From Octopus sinensis (Eukaryota): DNA of 64,000 nucleotides. Position numbers and translations under genes: made by a program. Of the stretch, positions 1 to 11,640 are shown piece by piece (position 1 is the first letter of the stretch; each line of letters starts with the position of its first letter). Below the pieces are notes generated by a model that worked only from the letters and a program-made list of their open reading frames with translations, was not told the DNA's origin and searched no databases. The DNA is taken from the NCBI RefSeq assembly GCF_006345805.1, contig NC_043021.1, positions 28,768,001 through 28,832,000 of the forward strand, read 5' to 3'.

Positions 1-285
1 CGTGGTCTTTTCCGTAGGCTTTTCTTTTCACGGGTAAACCTCACCTTCCTCCCCTTTACACTTCATATTGACATTTCTGTGATAACGGTCCCTATTGATC
101 AATTTTTTTTCCTCTCCCCCCTTTTTTTTAAACCCCCCCCCTTTTTTTGTCCTCTTTCTCTCCTTTTACGATCCCTTTTGATCGAAACACCCTTCCTTTT
201 TTTTTTTTTTTAAACCTTCAAAAGAAAAGCTCTACCTTGTAATTTGTTCTATCTGTGTGCAGCCCTGTGTGGCTAATAAAGAAAC
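1..285 (+). mobile_element. 3' UTR end of an L1/Tx1-type LINE (continues upstream of the window)
   Basis: Near-identical reverse complement of 681-984, which is the 3' UTR of the zf-RVT-bearing LINE fragment at 681-1977. Ends ...AATAAAGAAAC followed by (TATC)n. Confidence 0.8.
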
Positions 286-286
286 A

Positions 287-355
<69 letters not shown>

Positions 356-360
356 GTCTG

Positions 361-395
<35 letters not shown>

Positions 396-420
396 GTCTA
401 TCTATCTATCTATCTATCTT

Positions 421-464
<44 letters not shown>

Positions 465-522
465 GTTATCTATCTATCTATATCTATCTATCTATCTATC
501 TATCTGTCTATCTATCTATCTG

Positions 523-558
<36 letters not shown>

Positions 559-575
559 GATAGATAGATAGATAG

Positions 576-624
<49 letters not shown>

Positions 625-680
625 CATATACATATATATATATATATTATATAGATAGAGATAGATAGATAGATAGATAT
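286..680. repeat. (TATC)n/(GATA)n microsatellite with a polarity switch at 557/558
   Basis: (TATC)n runs to TCTAGA at 555-560, then (GATA)n with a short TA/CATA interruption. Confidence 0.95.
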
Positions 681-1977
681 GTTTCTTTATTAGCCACACA
701 GGGCTGCACACAGATAGAACAAATTACAAGGTAGAGCTTTTCTTTTGAAGGTTAAAAAATAAAAAATAAAAAAATAAAATAAAAATAAAATAAAAAACGG
801 GGGTCGATCAAAAGGGATCGTAAAAGGAGAGAAAGAGGACAAAAAAAAGGGGGGGTTAAAAAAAGGGGGAGAGGAAAAAAATTGATCAATAGGGATCGTT
901 ATCACAGAAATGTCAATATGAAGTGTAAAGGGGAGGACAGGTGAGGTTTACCCGTGGAAAGAAAAGCCTACGGAAAAGACCACGGTAACCTCGGTCAATG
1001 AAGTCACATGTTACATTTCTTTTTTTTTTTTTTTTTTGCAAATAAGCAACTCTCTGTATTAATTTTTACGGTTCATAGAATCATAGTCAAGGTGGCTTCG
1101 TCATTCATACGTGCCATCCTTGCTACATTCACCCATCTTTTTTTAAAACATTCACTAGACAAAACTTGCCTCTCTACTCTCACTTTTTTCTTCAAGTGAT
1201 ACTTGAAGAAGTTGATGAGAGATTGACCAGAGAGGAAAGTGTTTGTCTCTAATCCTTTCAGACGCGTCCACCAGATACATTCTTTCGCCATAGCCACAAG
1301 TATGATAAAAATAGCTCTTCCTTCCCGTTTGAAGGAAGGAGGCGTGACGATATTAACGATAGACTCGGCTGATAAACCGACACGTCCCACACGTGACAGC
1401 AGTCGTTCGACATAAGTCCACAGGTGGGAAATTGCTGGACACTGCACGATTGCGTGCAGAGCGGTTTCGTCGCTCTGCCCGCATCTCGGGCTGGTCGGCC
1501 ACGTGTTTCTCGAGCCATGCCTATAGAGCTTATCCCGAACGGGTAGCGCTTCTCGGTAGCACCGCCAGGCCAGGGATCTCTGGAAGTTGTCCATAGGTCC
1601 CGGGCCGAAAGTCGTTTGAAACAGGCGGGTCAGGTATTCCTCGTCGACGCCCAGGTTTGCCCCGAGCTCGTCGTCGTACCTCCCCTCCACTAATCCCCTA
1701 TAGAATGCTTTGGTTGTGTTGAAGTCACTCAAGGTCGACCCGGGACGGCAGAGTTGCTTGAGAGCAACGCGACACTCGCGGTGCCATTCGCCCTTCTTCG
1801 GCCTCTTTTTGATCCACGACTGTAGTTCGGTCATGGAGACGAGTTGCGGGAATGCGTGCCTCACAAACGGCGACCACACCTGTTCACCGTCGTCTACATA
1901 GAGCCGGAGATGTCGCAGTCTCAGCGCGTGTCTGCGCATCATCAACCACGGCATGCCCAGCCCTCCTTTTAACGGGT
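681..1977 (-). mobile_element. 5'-truncated L1/Tx1-clade non-LTR retrotransposon (ORF2 C-terminus plus 3' UTR)
   Basis: Minus-strand translation starts at PLKGGLGMP (post-RT GGLG motif) and contains PRCGQSDETALHAIVQCP (zf-RVT-like Cys/His motif). Stop at 1073-1075, ~390-bp 3' UTR with T-runs, GATA/TA microsatellite on both flanks. Confidence 0.8.
1073..1977 (-). pseudogene. ORF2 C-terminal fragment (~300 aa, zf-RVT domain) of the L1/Tx1 element
   Basis: Real part of the 423-aa ORF. Its N-terminal ~120 aa are translated flank and microsatellite (YLSIYLSI). The first Cys of the expected CxxC appears as Ser (PTSPRC). Confidence 0.7.
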
Positions 1978-1995
1978 AAATATATATATATATAT

Positions 1996-2074
<79 letters not shown>

Positions 2075-2160
2075 TTGATATATTATAGAAACAGATATAA
2101 ATTGATTTAAAAGAAATAAGTTAAGAAGCAGAAGTGAGACAGACAGACAGACAGACAGAC
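1978..2160. repeat. (TA)n, (GATA)n and (GACA)n microsatellites
   Basis: Direct reading of the sequence. Confidence 0.9.
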
Positions 2161-2544
2161 CCAGAGAGAAAGCCAGAGAGTGAGAGGGGTTAATGCTATG
2201 AGTCAATGATAGTTGTTGTTCTTTATTATTTCCTCCATCACCATCGTCGTATTGTATCTTAGTTTTCGCCCTCCCTCCTCTTGCTAATAATATTCGGCTA
2301 TTATTTCTACCGGGTCGAGCTATCAGTGTGAAAAAGAGATACACCTTTCGCCATTTGGTGATTATGATACTTCCTCTAAAGGCGGAGATAATTTTGATAA
2401 ATCAAGAAATGATGTTGTATGGTATTTGATATACCTGCGTGTGTCTTTGTTATTCAAATACATACCATTGGCCTCTCTGCTTTGTTTCTTTTCACCGATT
2501 TTTGTTTCATTTACACTGCGTAGCAATTACGGAGGAAGATTTCA

Positions 2545-2892
2545 TAGAGAGAGAGAGAGAGAGAGACTAATTACGTGTGAAAGAGAAAAAGAAAGGGAGA
2601 GAGAGAGTGTGTGTGTGTGTGCAAGAGAGAAACGTTGAAAATGAGTGAGAGAGGCGAACAACTGGTGTAAGAAGGTAGCAGTAGAGAATACTCGAAGGCT
2701 CTTATAGTCTTTGCTCTTCCTACTACTCCTTGATATGCATGCATGATCAAATAAATAAACGCTGGACACCTACAGTAGTAGTAGTAGTAGTAGTAGAAGT
2801 AGTAGTGGTGGTGGTGGAGGTGGTGGTGGTGGTGTTCTTTTGGCAACGAACTTCAAACAGGTGGTAGCTACAGGTAAAATTATGCGTGTACA

Positions 2893-2947
<55 letters not shown>

Positions 2948-3372
2948 TGTCTTGGAAGGAGTGGAGCGGAAGATATTTAGTCGATGGAAGAGAAATTAGA
3001 AGAGGCGGTGGAAGTGTTGGTGGTGGCAGTGATGTGGGGCTGAAAGATGAGGACGCAGGCGGATAGAGTAGAGAGTATTTATGGGTGATGAGACGTTAGA
3101 TGCCTTATCTTTCTACGTATCTACATATCTACACACACCCTTGTATATATACATACATGCATACACACGCACACACGTACACACGCACGCACGGACACAC
3201 ACATACATATGCGCGCGCGCACACACATATATATATGTAATTATGTGCGCACGCCCACACAGAGACACAAAAACACGGACAAAATACACACACATATGCA
3301 TACATACATGCATACATGTATGTATGTACGTATGTATGTACGTATGTATGTATATATGTATGTATGTATGTA
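2545..3372. repeat. Cluster of simple repeats: (GA)n, (GT)n, (TAG)n, (TGG)n, (CA)n, (TATG)n
   Basis: Direct reading. These explain the low-complexity ORFs at 2542-3416. Confidence 0.9.
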
Positions 3373-3843
3373 TTCAGTATATTGCAATTCACGTAGTATT
3401 TTATTAAAATAGTCATTTATGTATCATGCTGAATGTATAATGAATATGCATTGTTGATAGGCAATTTCCTGCAGTGTTTGTCCTGAGATAACATCTCCTA
3501 TGGACTTGCTAAGTTAAAAATACAATGGATATCGGAGAAGGAGAGAGAGGGGGAGAGAGAGGAGAGAAAGAGAGAAAGAGATAGGGACAAACATACGTCC
3601 TGTAGCGACAGAAGCATTAATAAATACACTGTTTGGGCTTTGTATTCAGCATCTGCTGCATGACTTTCGCCTCCTTATATATGAGTGTGTTTTTTTTAAC
3701 ACTAAATGTCTATAACAGACGCCATCTCTAAACAAACATTGCGGCTTATCAGGATTTGAACGATGTCTCTGCTTTAAGTATGATGCACATTATGATACAA
3801 GAATATATATATATACGCACACATGTATGTACTTAAATGTACA

Positions 3844-3949
<106 letters not shown>

Positions 3950-3950
<1 letters not shown>

Positions 3951-3990
3951 TTTTATCCTTTATTTGCTTCAGCCATGCTGGGGCACTGCT
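3950..3990 (-). mobile_element. Isolated SINE/LINE 3' tail fragment, reverse orientation
   Basis: Reverse complement reads GCAGTGCCCCAGCATGGCTGAAGCAAATAAAGGATAAAA, matching the tail motif at 4354-4395 and 57209-57251. Confidence 0.55.
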
Positions 3991-3999
3991 TCGAATGTA

Positions 4000-4412
4000 T
4001 TTGTTTCGGGTTCAGTTCCTTAGTGCAACGCCAGCCCCAGATCAAACGATGCCTTGTGAGTAAATTTAGTTGAAGGAAATTGTGTGAAAGCCCGTCGTAT
4101 ATATATGTGTGTGTGTGCGTGTGTGTGTATTTATGTACATATATTTATACACATACACAAATATGTCTGTATGTGTTTGTGTGTTTTTGTGTTATTTTGT
4201 CTGTATTAATTCCCCACCTCCACCGCTTAACAATCGGTGCTGGTTCGTTTAAGTTTCCGTAACCGAGCGGCTCGGCGAACGATACCGATAGAATATATAC
4301 CAGGATTTAAAAAATAAGCACTGAGTTAGATTTGTTCGACTAAAAATCTTCAAGGCAGTGCTCCAGTATGGCTGCAGTCCAATGACTGAAACAAGAAAAA
4401 GAAACAAAAAAG
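4000..4412 (+). mobile_element. tRNA-derived SINE with internal microsatellite and LINE-like 3' tail
   Basis: B-box-like GGTTCAGTTCC at 4009-4019, internal (TA/TG)n, body homologous to 11455-11640, tail GGCAGTGCTCCAGTATGGCTGCAGTCCAATGACTGAAAC and an A-rich end. Confidence 0.7.
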
Positions 4413-4689
4413 TGAATAAGGTTGGATCAGTCCGAAGATATGGTAAAATGTAGTATCAAAAGATGCCACTCAGTAGGAAAGAACCAGAGATCTTGGCATT
4501 GCGAAATCGACTCCTTAACCATTCACCCATGCTACATCACGTAATGTATAGTATATAGTAAGAGAGGAAAGTATAGTGTAAACTGGCAGTTGAAGTTAAT
4601 ATCGTAAGGTAGTAGTGGGAGTAAGGTAGCACAGGGTTTTAACTTTGGGAGGTGACATAAGATAGGCGTGTAAGATACATTACAAGGAA

Positions 4690-5160
4690 TTTACAGGTGG
4701 TAGCAGTAGAAGGTGGCTGTGGGAGGTAACGCTAGAATGTAGCAGTGGAATGCAACGGTGGAAGGTGATAGTGGAAAATATAAGACGAGTGGGGAAAGTG
4801 TAATTAGAAGCGAAACGAGATGTCAGTATTAATGTAGCAGCGAGAGAGAGAGAGAGAGAGATCGGTGGAAGATAGCTACATAAAGTAGCAGTGGAAGGTG
4901 GTTGTATAGAGTATCGAAGTAAGGCAGTTGTAGCGAGGTAGCAGTGTGATATTGCAGTAGAAGGTGGCAGAGTGATATTGAAGTGGAAGGTTGCAGTGTA
5001 GAAGAGAGAGAGAAGACCAGTAGGAAACAGCAGTGGACAGTAGCAGTTGATTGTAGCAGATGGAGGCAGAAATGTAAAGTAGCAGTTGGAATGTTGCATT
5101 GGGAGGTAGCAGTAGCATGAAACAGCAGAAGACAGCTGGAGAACAGGGAAGTAGCAGAGT
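4690..5160 (+). repeat. Degenerate purine-rich minisatellite (GTAGCAGTGGAAGGTGG-like units)
   Basis: Recurrent GTAGCAGT(A/G)GAAGGT motifs near 4702, 4885, 4938 and 5040. Confidence 0.5.
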
Positions 5161-5304
5161 TACTAACACCACTGATTGAAAGTCCTTAGAGTATACAGGG
5201 CTGGACAAATCTAGGTATACAATCGTTTGATATGAGTGGAATGTTCTTTTCATTTCTCTTTTTCTTTTTTTTAGGATCAGAATTTTATGATTCTATGTTC
5301 TTTT

Positions 5305-5550
5305 TAGTGGTTAGGGTGTCAGCACCATGATCGTAAGATTGTGGTTTCGATTCCTGGACCGGGCGACGCGTTGTGTTCTTGAGCAAAACACTTCATGTCA
5401 CGTTGCTCCAGTCCACTCAGCTGGCAAAACTGAGTAACGCTGCGATGGACTGGTGTCCCGTCCAGCTGGAGAACACATGCGCCATAGAAACCAGGAAACC
5501 GGGCCCATGAGCCTGGCTAGGCTTTAAAAAGGGCACATTTATTTTTATTT
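5305..5550 (+). mobile_element. tRNA-derived SINE with a V-domain-like central core
   Basis: A-box-like GTGGTTAGGGTG (~5307), B-box-like GGTTTCGATTCC (~5344), TTGTGTTCTTGAGCAAAACACTT, CTGCGATGGACTGGTGTCCCGTCCAG at 5440-5465, and a (TTTAT)-type tail. Confidence 0.7.
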
Positions 5551-5606
5551 TATGTTCTTTTAAGCTAATTCTTCCTATAATATAACTACTCGTAATTTCA
5601 GATATC

Positions 5607-6460
5607 TATTGGGGCATCTCATAAATAATGCTGTTTATTTCATACTTCTTTTATTTTTCAAAATTAAGATAAACAAATTTTTTTTTAATCTAAAATATAC
5701 TCTCCTCCATTTTCTACAATGCTCTTCCATCCATCTGGTAGACTTGCAAGGCCTCTCTTTCAAAATTCACTTGTCCACGAAGAAAAATACTCCTCCAGTA
5801 CTGTTCTGACCTCCTCTACAGAATTCATATTTTTTCTGTCCAAATGATTTTGAAGACCTCGGAATAAATGATAATCAGATGGGGTAAGTCTGGTGAATAT
5901 GGTGGGTGGGAATTGTTTCCCATTAAAACTAGTCCACCCTTTGGAATGTCATCCTCGCTGTATGTGGCTGAACATTATCCTGATGAAAGATCACCTTTCG
6001 TTTTGAAAACAAAGATGGTCATTTTTCTTCTACTGCTGACTTAAGCCGCTCAAGATGTTTGGTTTGGGTTTAAAAGTTCAAAGAGGACTAAACTTTTCAT
6101 ATCCCACCAAACAGATAGCAACACCTTACGTGGGGGAAAACCTTCTTTAGCCTGGAGCGCCGGTGTTTCTCCTTTCTCTACCAATTGTCTTTGGCGCTCG
6201 ACATTTTTATAGAGAACCCATTTCTCGTCACCATTCATTTTTCGGTCCAATAAGGTTCATTCGTGAGACGTGACAACAAAGAAGAGCACACACTCATTCT
6301 CTGCACGCGATTAGACCCGGAAAGTATGTGAGGAACCCGTTGACTCAATGTGCTGACTAGCTTCTCTGCTAGTTCCTCAACAGTTACGATGGGATTTTGT
6401 TCCACCAGGATTTGCAGGACATCCTCGTCGAGCTCTACAGATATTCCAGAAATCAAAAAA
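5607..6460 (-). mobile_element. Decayed mariner (Tc1/mariner, DD34D-type) transposon, 5'-truncated, one TIR retained
   Basis: Minus-strand frameshifted peptides: ELDEDVLQILVEQNPIVTVEELAEKL, GDEKWVLY, KVLLSVWWD, FHQDNVQPH, HPPYSPDL, SDYHLF. TA plus TIR-like TTGGGGCATCTCATAAATAATGCTGTTT at 5607-5636. Confidence 0.85.
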
Positions 6461-6862
6461 GAGAATTAGGTATCTCACGCTGATCCCTTAGTACAGTGAT
6501 CCTCAACCAGGGGCGATGCATGCAGTCTTCGATAGGTGACTGTACATACAACAGGCAATCACGCATCCAATACATCATGACAAGGGTTCTTTTCAATAAC
6601 TGCTGTCAAACCGAAAAACCAACTCTTCTTCTTAATTCAAATACAGTAACTATGTGTCTCAATAAGTGCGTTATCTTCCAGGACTTAGTTCATCGATGTA
6701 TAGTAACTCATTCGTCAATGAATTTCGTACCCTTGTTACTATGACACTGGCCACCGGGCTACGGGATTCATTGAATTTAACGTTCTCTCTCTTAACCGTC
6801 GGACGCAGATATAATAGTCTGTTTGGCGTTTACTAATTTGCATTCGTTCTCACCCACTTATT

Positions 6863-9800
6863 ATGGCAGGCTCGGTGAAAAAGAACTGTCGACAGTATAT
6901 CGATGAGTACTTACAATGTGTTTTTATCAAGAACTCTACAGACCCAAAGCAACCCTTTTTGTATCATGTGTCATCAATTTTTGTCCAATGAAGCCATAAA
7001 GCTCTCAACTCTCTGACCACATGAGAAGAAAAGACTCTGAAAAAGTCGGTAAGCCAATTAAATATTTTGAGAGACTGAAAACTGATTTTGAAAATCGGAG
7101 TACTGTTAAATTATTATTTACGAAACGGACAAAAATTAATGACTGTGGACTGATTGCGATCTACAAAATTGCAGAAATTATTGCAAAAACAGTTAGTGCA
7201 CATACGGTGGCTGAAAAGATTATTGTGCCTGAAGTAGAAGCAGTATTATCAGAAGTTATGAATCAAGATCATTTCATCTATCCTTAAAGATCTGCCTTCT
7301 ATCGGTAGGAGAATTGATGAAATATCAGGTCATAACGAAGACGTAATAATTCAAATATTGAAAACAACAAAATTTTCTAATCAAATTGACGAAAGCACAG
7401 TTATTGACAGCAAGGCCTGAAACCGGGCATTACAAGAAGATTTATTATTTGTAAAACTGTTGGAGACTGACACAACGGTCACTTCTATATTTTCTGTAGT
7501 GAAAACGTTTTTTGAAGAAAAAGAATTTCCATATCACGAAAATTTAGTTTCATGTGCCACTAATGGTGCAATATCTATGGTTGAGAGATACAAAGGATTC
7601 ATCTCTCATTTAAAGAAATTGTGCCGCCAAATTATAGTTATACAGTGTGTGCTACACAGGCATAAACACGCGGCCCAAAATATAATTCTATTCTAAATCA
7701 GCCACTGAACACTATTATAAAAACAATAAACAAAATTACATCGGACAGTAAATGTGACCGTCATTGTCGAAAATTTTGTGTCGATGCTGACGAACACTAT
7801 ATAAGACTTCTTTTGCATACTGCTGTCCGTTGGCTATCCAAAGGCAACTGCTTAGAAAGATTTATAAACTTACTAGCAGAGATACCCGGCGTTGCCCGTG
7901 TTACGTACAATTGAAGAATTAGACTTTTCTGTTATATTTTCTCTAATGAACTGGAATATCTATGTTTCGAATTTCATCAAAATTGCAGATGAGGGTTATT
8001 TCCCTCTTTACCCCACCCACAAATTGTAATCGTGCCACATATATCCCATACTACTGATTTTTATGCGCATATTCCAAAATTCCAGTCTTATTGAACGTGT
8101 TAAAAAGATTTTGCTCCTGAAAAATGAAGGTCATGGAGCTCTAAAATGTGAGAGTTAAGGCCCCTGTTGGGGGTGGGCATCTTAATGTCAACCACAGAAG
8201 TTGAATTGTTGAGAATCTTTTTAACTTGGGTCCTATATCTATTGTTTGAATTTCTTTGAAATAGGAAATATATGTTCACTGGGTTTGTAAAAGAGAGCAA
8301 AGCTACAGGAAACCAAACGACGAATGATCACAATAAGCAGTCAGTTACCCTACCCTAGTCGTTACCACTCCCAATGTTAGGATTCCTCACCATCCAGGTG
8401 ACAGTCACAGCCGTAAGATGCATTACGAATCTGTAGCAATTGAAAGGGCGTGACCCAACTGAAATAAACATTAACAACTGTGTGACATGGGGGCTAAGAA
8501 GAAATGAAAGTGGGAGCTTGCAAATGACCACTATACTGATATGTAACTGGACAGAATAAATTTACAATCTATAAATGTCTTTGAATAACCAGTCACTCAT
8601 CTGGGAAGGCCTTGAAATCAATGTTACCATCTGGGGACTATGTGTGACCGAGTGATAATAAAGACTGAAAGGAGGTCTGCAATCAAATAACTTTACTCAA
8701 CACTTTGCAACTGAATCAATGGAGGCAAAGATGCCTCTCACTTACTTACAATTTATGCAGCACATTGCTGAAATCACAATGTAAGTGTATGTCAAAGCAA
8801 ACTGTTACACTGTTGTACCATTGAATTAGAAATAATGCTCAACTTTTATGCTCGGGTAATCCTGCAGCTTCCAAGAGCACAACTGTATTCGTTTTTGCTT
8901 AGATAAAATGACAAAATTGTGGGTGTTAAGTTCCCATGGATGGGTCTTAATAACTTGTAAGATGAAATTTTATAAATATTTCTTCATTTGGGTCTAATAT
9001 CTATGGTTAAAATTTCCTCAACTGTAAAAATATATGAATTTTCATGGGGGTTATGGCCCTTATGCATAGAATATAATTTCCAAATTTCATAAAGATCTAT
9101 TCAATAATTTTGACCTAGTTTTGGATCATAAAAGAAATTACTAAAATTTGGGAGTTAAGGCTCCCATTAGGGTGTTTTATATATATATATATATAATATA
9201 TATATATATATAATATATATATATATATATAACCGAACCGAACCGAACGCTCAGAGCAAGCTCTGATCGCTGTAGCGCTGACTGTGCTGTCGTAGCCGTG
9301 GACATATTACAAGTACATCTATATATACATGTATACATACAATAGAGAAATGTTTTTATTTCACCTTTAACACGTAATACTGAAATCGTGGAGATCTGAT
9401 ATTGCTGTGGGCCCGTTAATCATTTTCTTTTTGCCCACGACACTACATGGACCATAAGTAAGGCATGTGTAAAAGTTGAATGAAATTGGTTGTGTAGTTC
9501 TCAAGTTTTAGGGGTTCACACAGACAGACAGACATACATTCTCAGTTTCATATATATAGATTTAATACAATAGTTGTATTCTTACGAAGAGGACACTTAG
9601 ACTTAGCCGCCGAAATTTAAGCTCAAAAGAAGAATATCTTAGTTGGATTTTCCGTAAGCTGAACGAGGTCTCTCTTCTGCTGCAGCGAAAAATGATAACG
9701 CTGATAGACTGTAAACGGGTGATGAGAGCTTTTCTTGAAAAACACAATCGTTTTCAAGTTAATTTAAAACTAAAATAGTTTCATAATATACCCGAACCAG

Positions 9801-10270
9801 CGGGAATTGACTTATATGAAAATGACATTGGTATTTATTGCGACCATCTGTCTGCCTTGAAAACTGATTTAGAAACCAGTTTGCCGGTTTATTTAACCTC
9901 ACTATTCAGCCTTGACTGATTGACCCATTCGATTAACAGTGCACACGAAAGAAGTCATCGAGATGAAATATAATAATGAATTTCAAATTAAGTTCAAAAA
10001 GAAAGATTGTCTGAGTTTTGGCAATCAGACACTATAAAATCACTATATCCAACTTTGTGGTCACACATGTCGAAAATACTTTTGTGTTTACCGACAACAT
10101 ATGTTGTCGAAACTGGATTTATTTCTATCAATTACCCTTTGCGGAAGGAAAGAAACAGATCTGACATTATGTCACGTGGGGATATTCGTATCTGTTTGAG
10201 CAACTTGTCTGACATTGAATTTTCAGCGGATCATCACCAATCTCAGCTCTCACATTCATTAGTTCTATTC
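6863..10270 (+). pseudogene. hAT transposase pseudogene (ZBED5/SCAND3/Buster-like), split by a Helitron
   Basis: Fragments CRQYIDEYL..CIMC..LSNEAIK (BED finger), YKIAEIIAK..HTVAEKII, QIDEST, SCATNGAISM, QCVLHRH, LLHTAVRWLSKG, IFRKLNEVSLLLQ, LPTTYVVETGF (dimerisation domain). Many stops and frameshifts. Confidence 0.85.
7873..9560 (-). mobile_element. Non-autonomous Helitron (1688 bp) nested in the hAT transposase
   Basis: Minus-strand 5' end A|TCTATATATATGAAACTGAG at 9560 and 3' end CGGGCAACGCCGGGTATCTCTGCTAG|T at 7873 (GC-rich subterminal motif plus CTAG). A|T target with no TSD. Removing it restores the transposase frame. Confidence 0.8.
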
Positions 10271-10838
10271 TACATTTAAATTTAAAATAAAGTTTTATTT
10301 TAATTCGTTTAACGTTTGCATTTACATGTACAAATTCTTTTTAGTGTTGATTAGTCGTAATAACATATTTAATATTTATCATTTTTTGTGGGTGATTGTC
10401 AATTAGCTTACGTAAAAACTAGCTTTTTGGGGGCGATGGCCGGGAAAACGTTGAGAACCACTGCCATAGTGGTCCTATGAATCGCTAATGTATCTTTTTA
10501 ATTATATATACTGAAGATGGAGTCAGTAGGTTGTGATTCGAGAGAAATTTGGCTCTAGCGGGCCGAGTAACCACATAATCACTCCCTCATTGGTTCGCTC
10601 CAGTTGATAGCGGATATCAAATAGCAGTGGGTCAGATATTTGTAGAATTATTACATATATCCATATATCTCTGTAACTATCTACCAATAAGTCTGTCTAT
10701 GTATACCCCGCTGTGCACCCTCAGGAAAAACTCAAAAGTAGCAAGAGACTGATTCGACCCAAATAAAATATATATTATTAATCTCTACCGTGGAATCCAG
10801 TACATTTTCTTTTCCGACAGTGATTATTAAAATACTAA

Positions 10839-11055
10839 AAGACGGTGACCGAGTAAATTCTTTGGAACGCCAGGCAAAATGCTTAGCGGCATTTCGTCAG
10901 TCTTTATGTTCTCGGCTCAAATTCCGCCGAGGTCGACTTTGCCTTTCATCCTGTTGAAGTCGATAAATTAAATACCAGTTGAACACTGGGGTGGATGTAA
11001 TTAATTTACCACCTCCCCAGAAATTGCAGACCTTGTACCTAAATTTGAAATCGAT
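10839..11055 (+). mobile_element. tRNA-derived SINE, second family
   Basis: B-box-like GGCTCAAATTCC at 10914-10925 and central GCCTTTCATCCTGTTGAAGTCGATAAATTAAATACCAG at 10941-10978, which I recall resembling the MetaSINE core (unverified). Confidence 0.6.
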
Positions 11056-11123
11056 ATTCAACTGAGACATATACATATGTGTATATTTGTGGCTGTGTTT
11101 ATTTGCGTTGTGTGCTTCCCAAG

Positions 11124-11445
11124 TGAAAGCGCGTGGTTTAGAGGTTAGGCCATTCGACTCACAATCGCATGGTCGTGAGTTCGATTCCCGGTGGCGTGGT
11201 GTGTCCTTGTGCAAGACACTTTATTTCATGTCAGTCAAGTTCACTCAGCCGGCAAAAAGGAGTAGTACCTATATTTCAAAGTACCAACCATGTCACATAC
11301 TGTGTCATGCTTAATCTCCTGGAGAGCCACATTCAGGGTGCGCGTGTCTGTGGAGTACTCAGCCACCTGCACATTAATTGCACACGCAGGCTGTTCCGTT
11401 GATCGGGTCAACTGGAACTCTTGTCGTCGTAATTGTCGGAGTGCT
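11124..11445 (+). mobile_element. tRNA-derived SINE, third family
   Basis: A-box-like GTGGTTTAGAGGTTAGG (~11133), B-box GAGTTCGATTCCC (~11177), and GTGTCCTTGTGCAAGACACTTTATTTCA..CACTCAGC shared with the SINE at 5305. Confidence 0.7.
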
Positions 11446-11454
11446 AGTTGTGTC

Positions 11455-11640
11455 TCATATACCGCTTAACCACTGGTGTTGGTTTGTTTACGTCCTCGTA
11501 ACTTAGCAGTTATAAAAAAAAGCCCGAAAGAATAAGTACCAGGCTTAAAATATAAGTACTGAGGTGGGTTTATTCCATTGAAATCTTTCAAGAGGGTGTT
11601 CTAGCATAGCCGTAACACAATGACTGAAACGATGAAGGGT
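11455..11640 (+). mobile_element. 3' half of the same SINE family as 4000-4412
   Basis: Colinear similarity from ACCGCTTAAC to CAATGACTGAAAC. Confidence 0.65.

Larger units (their letters stand above)
6494..10463 (+). mobile_element. hAT transposon of the Buster/Charlie type, full-length but decayed
   Basis: TIRs CAGTGATCCTCAAC (6494) and GTTGAGAACCACTG (ends 10463), 12/14 match. Flanking 8-mers CCTTAGTA and CCATAGTG (6/8 identical, central TA) fit a decayed 8-bp TSD. Confidence 0.85.

Noticed and set aside
5305-5365. tRNA genes at the SINE heads (also 11124-11195)
   Set aside because: A and B boxes are present but there is no full cloverleaf, and SINE bodies follow directly.
8700-8880. Helitron helicase remnant (GLPEH..NGT-like words on the minus strand)
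   Set aside because: Only two short words in different frames, too weak to call.
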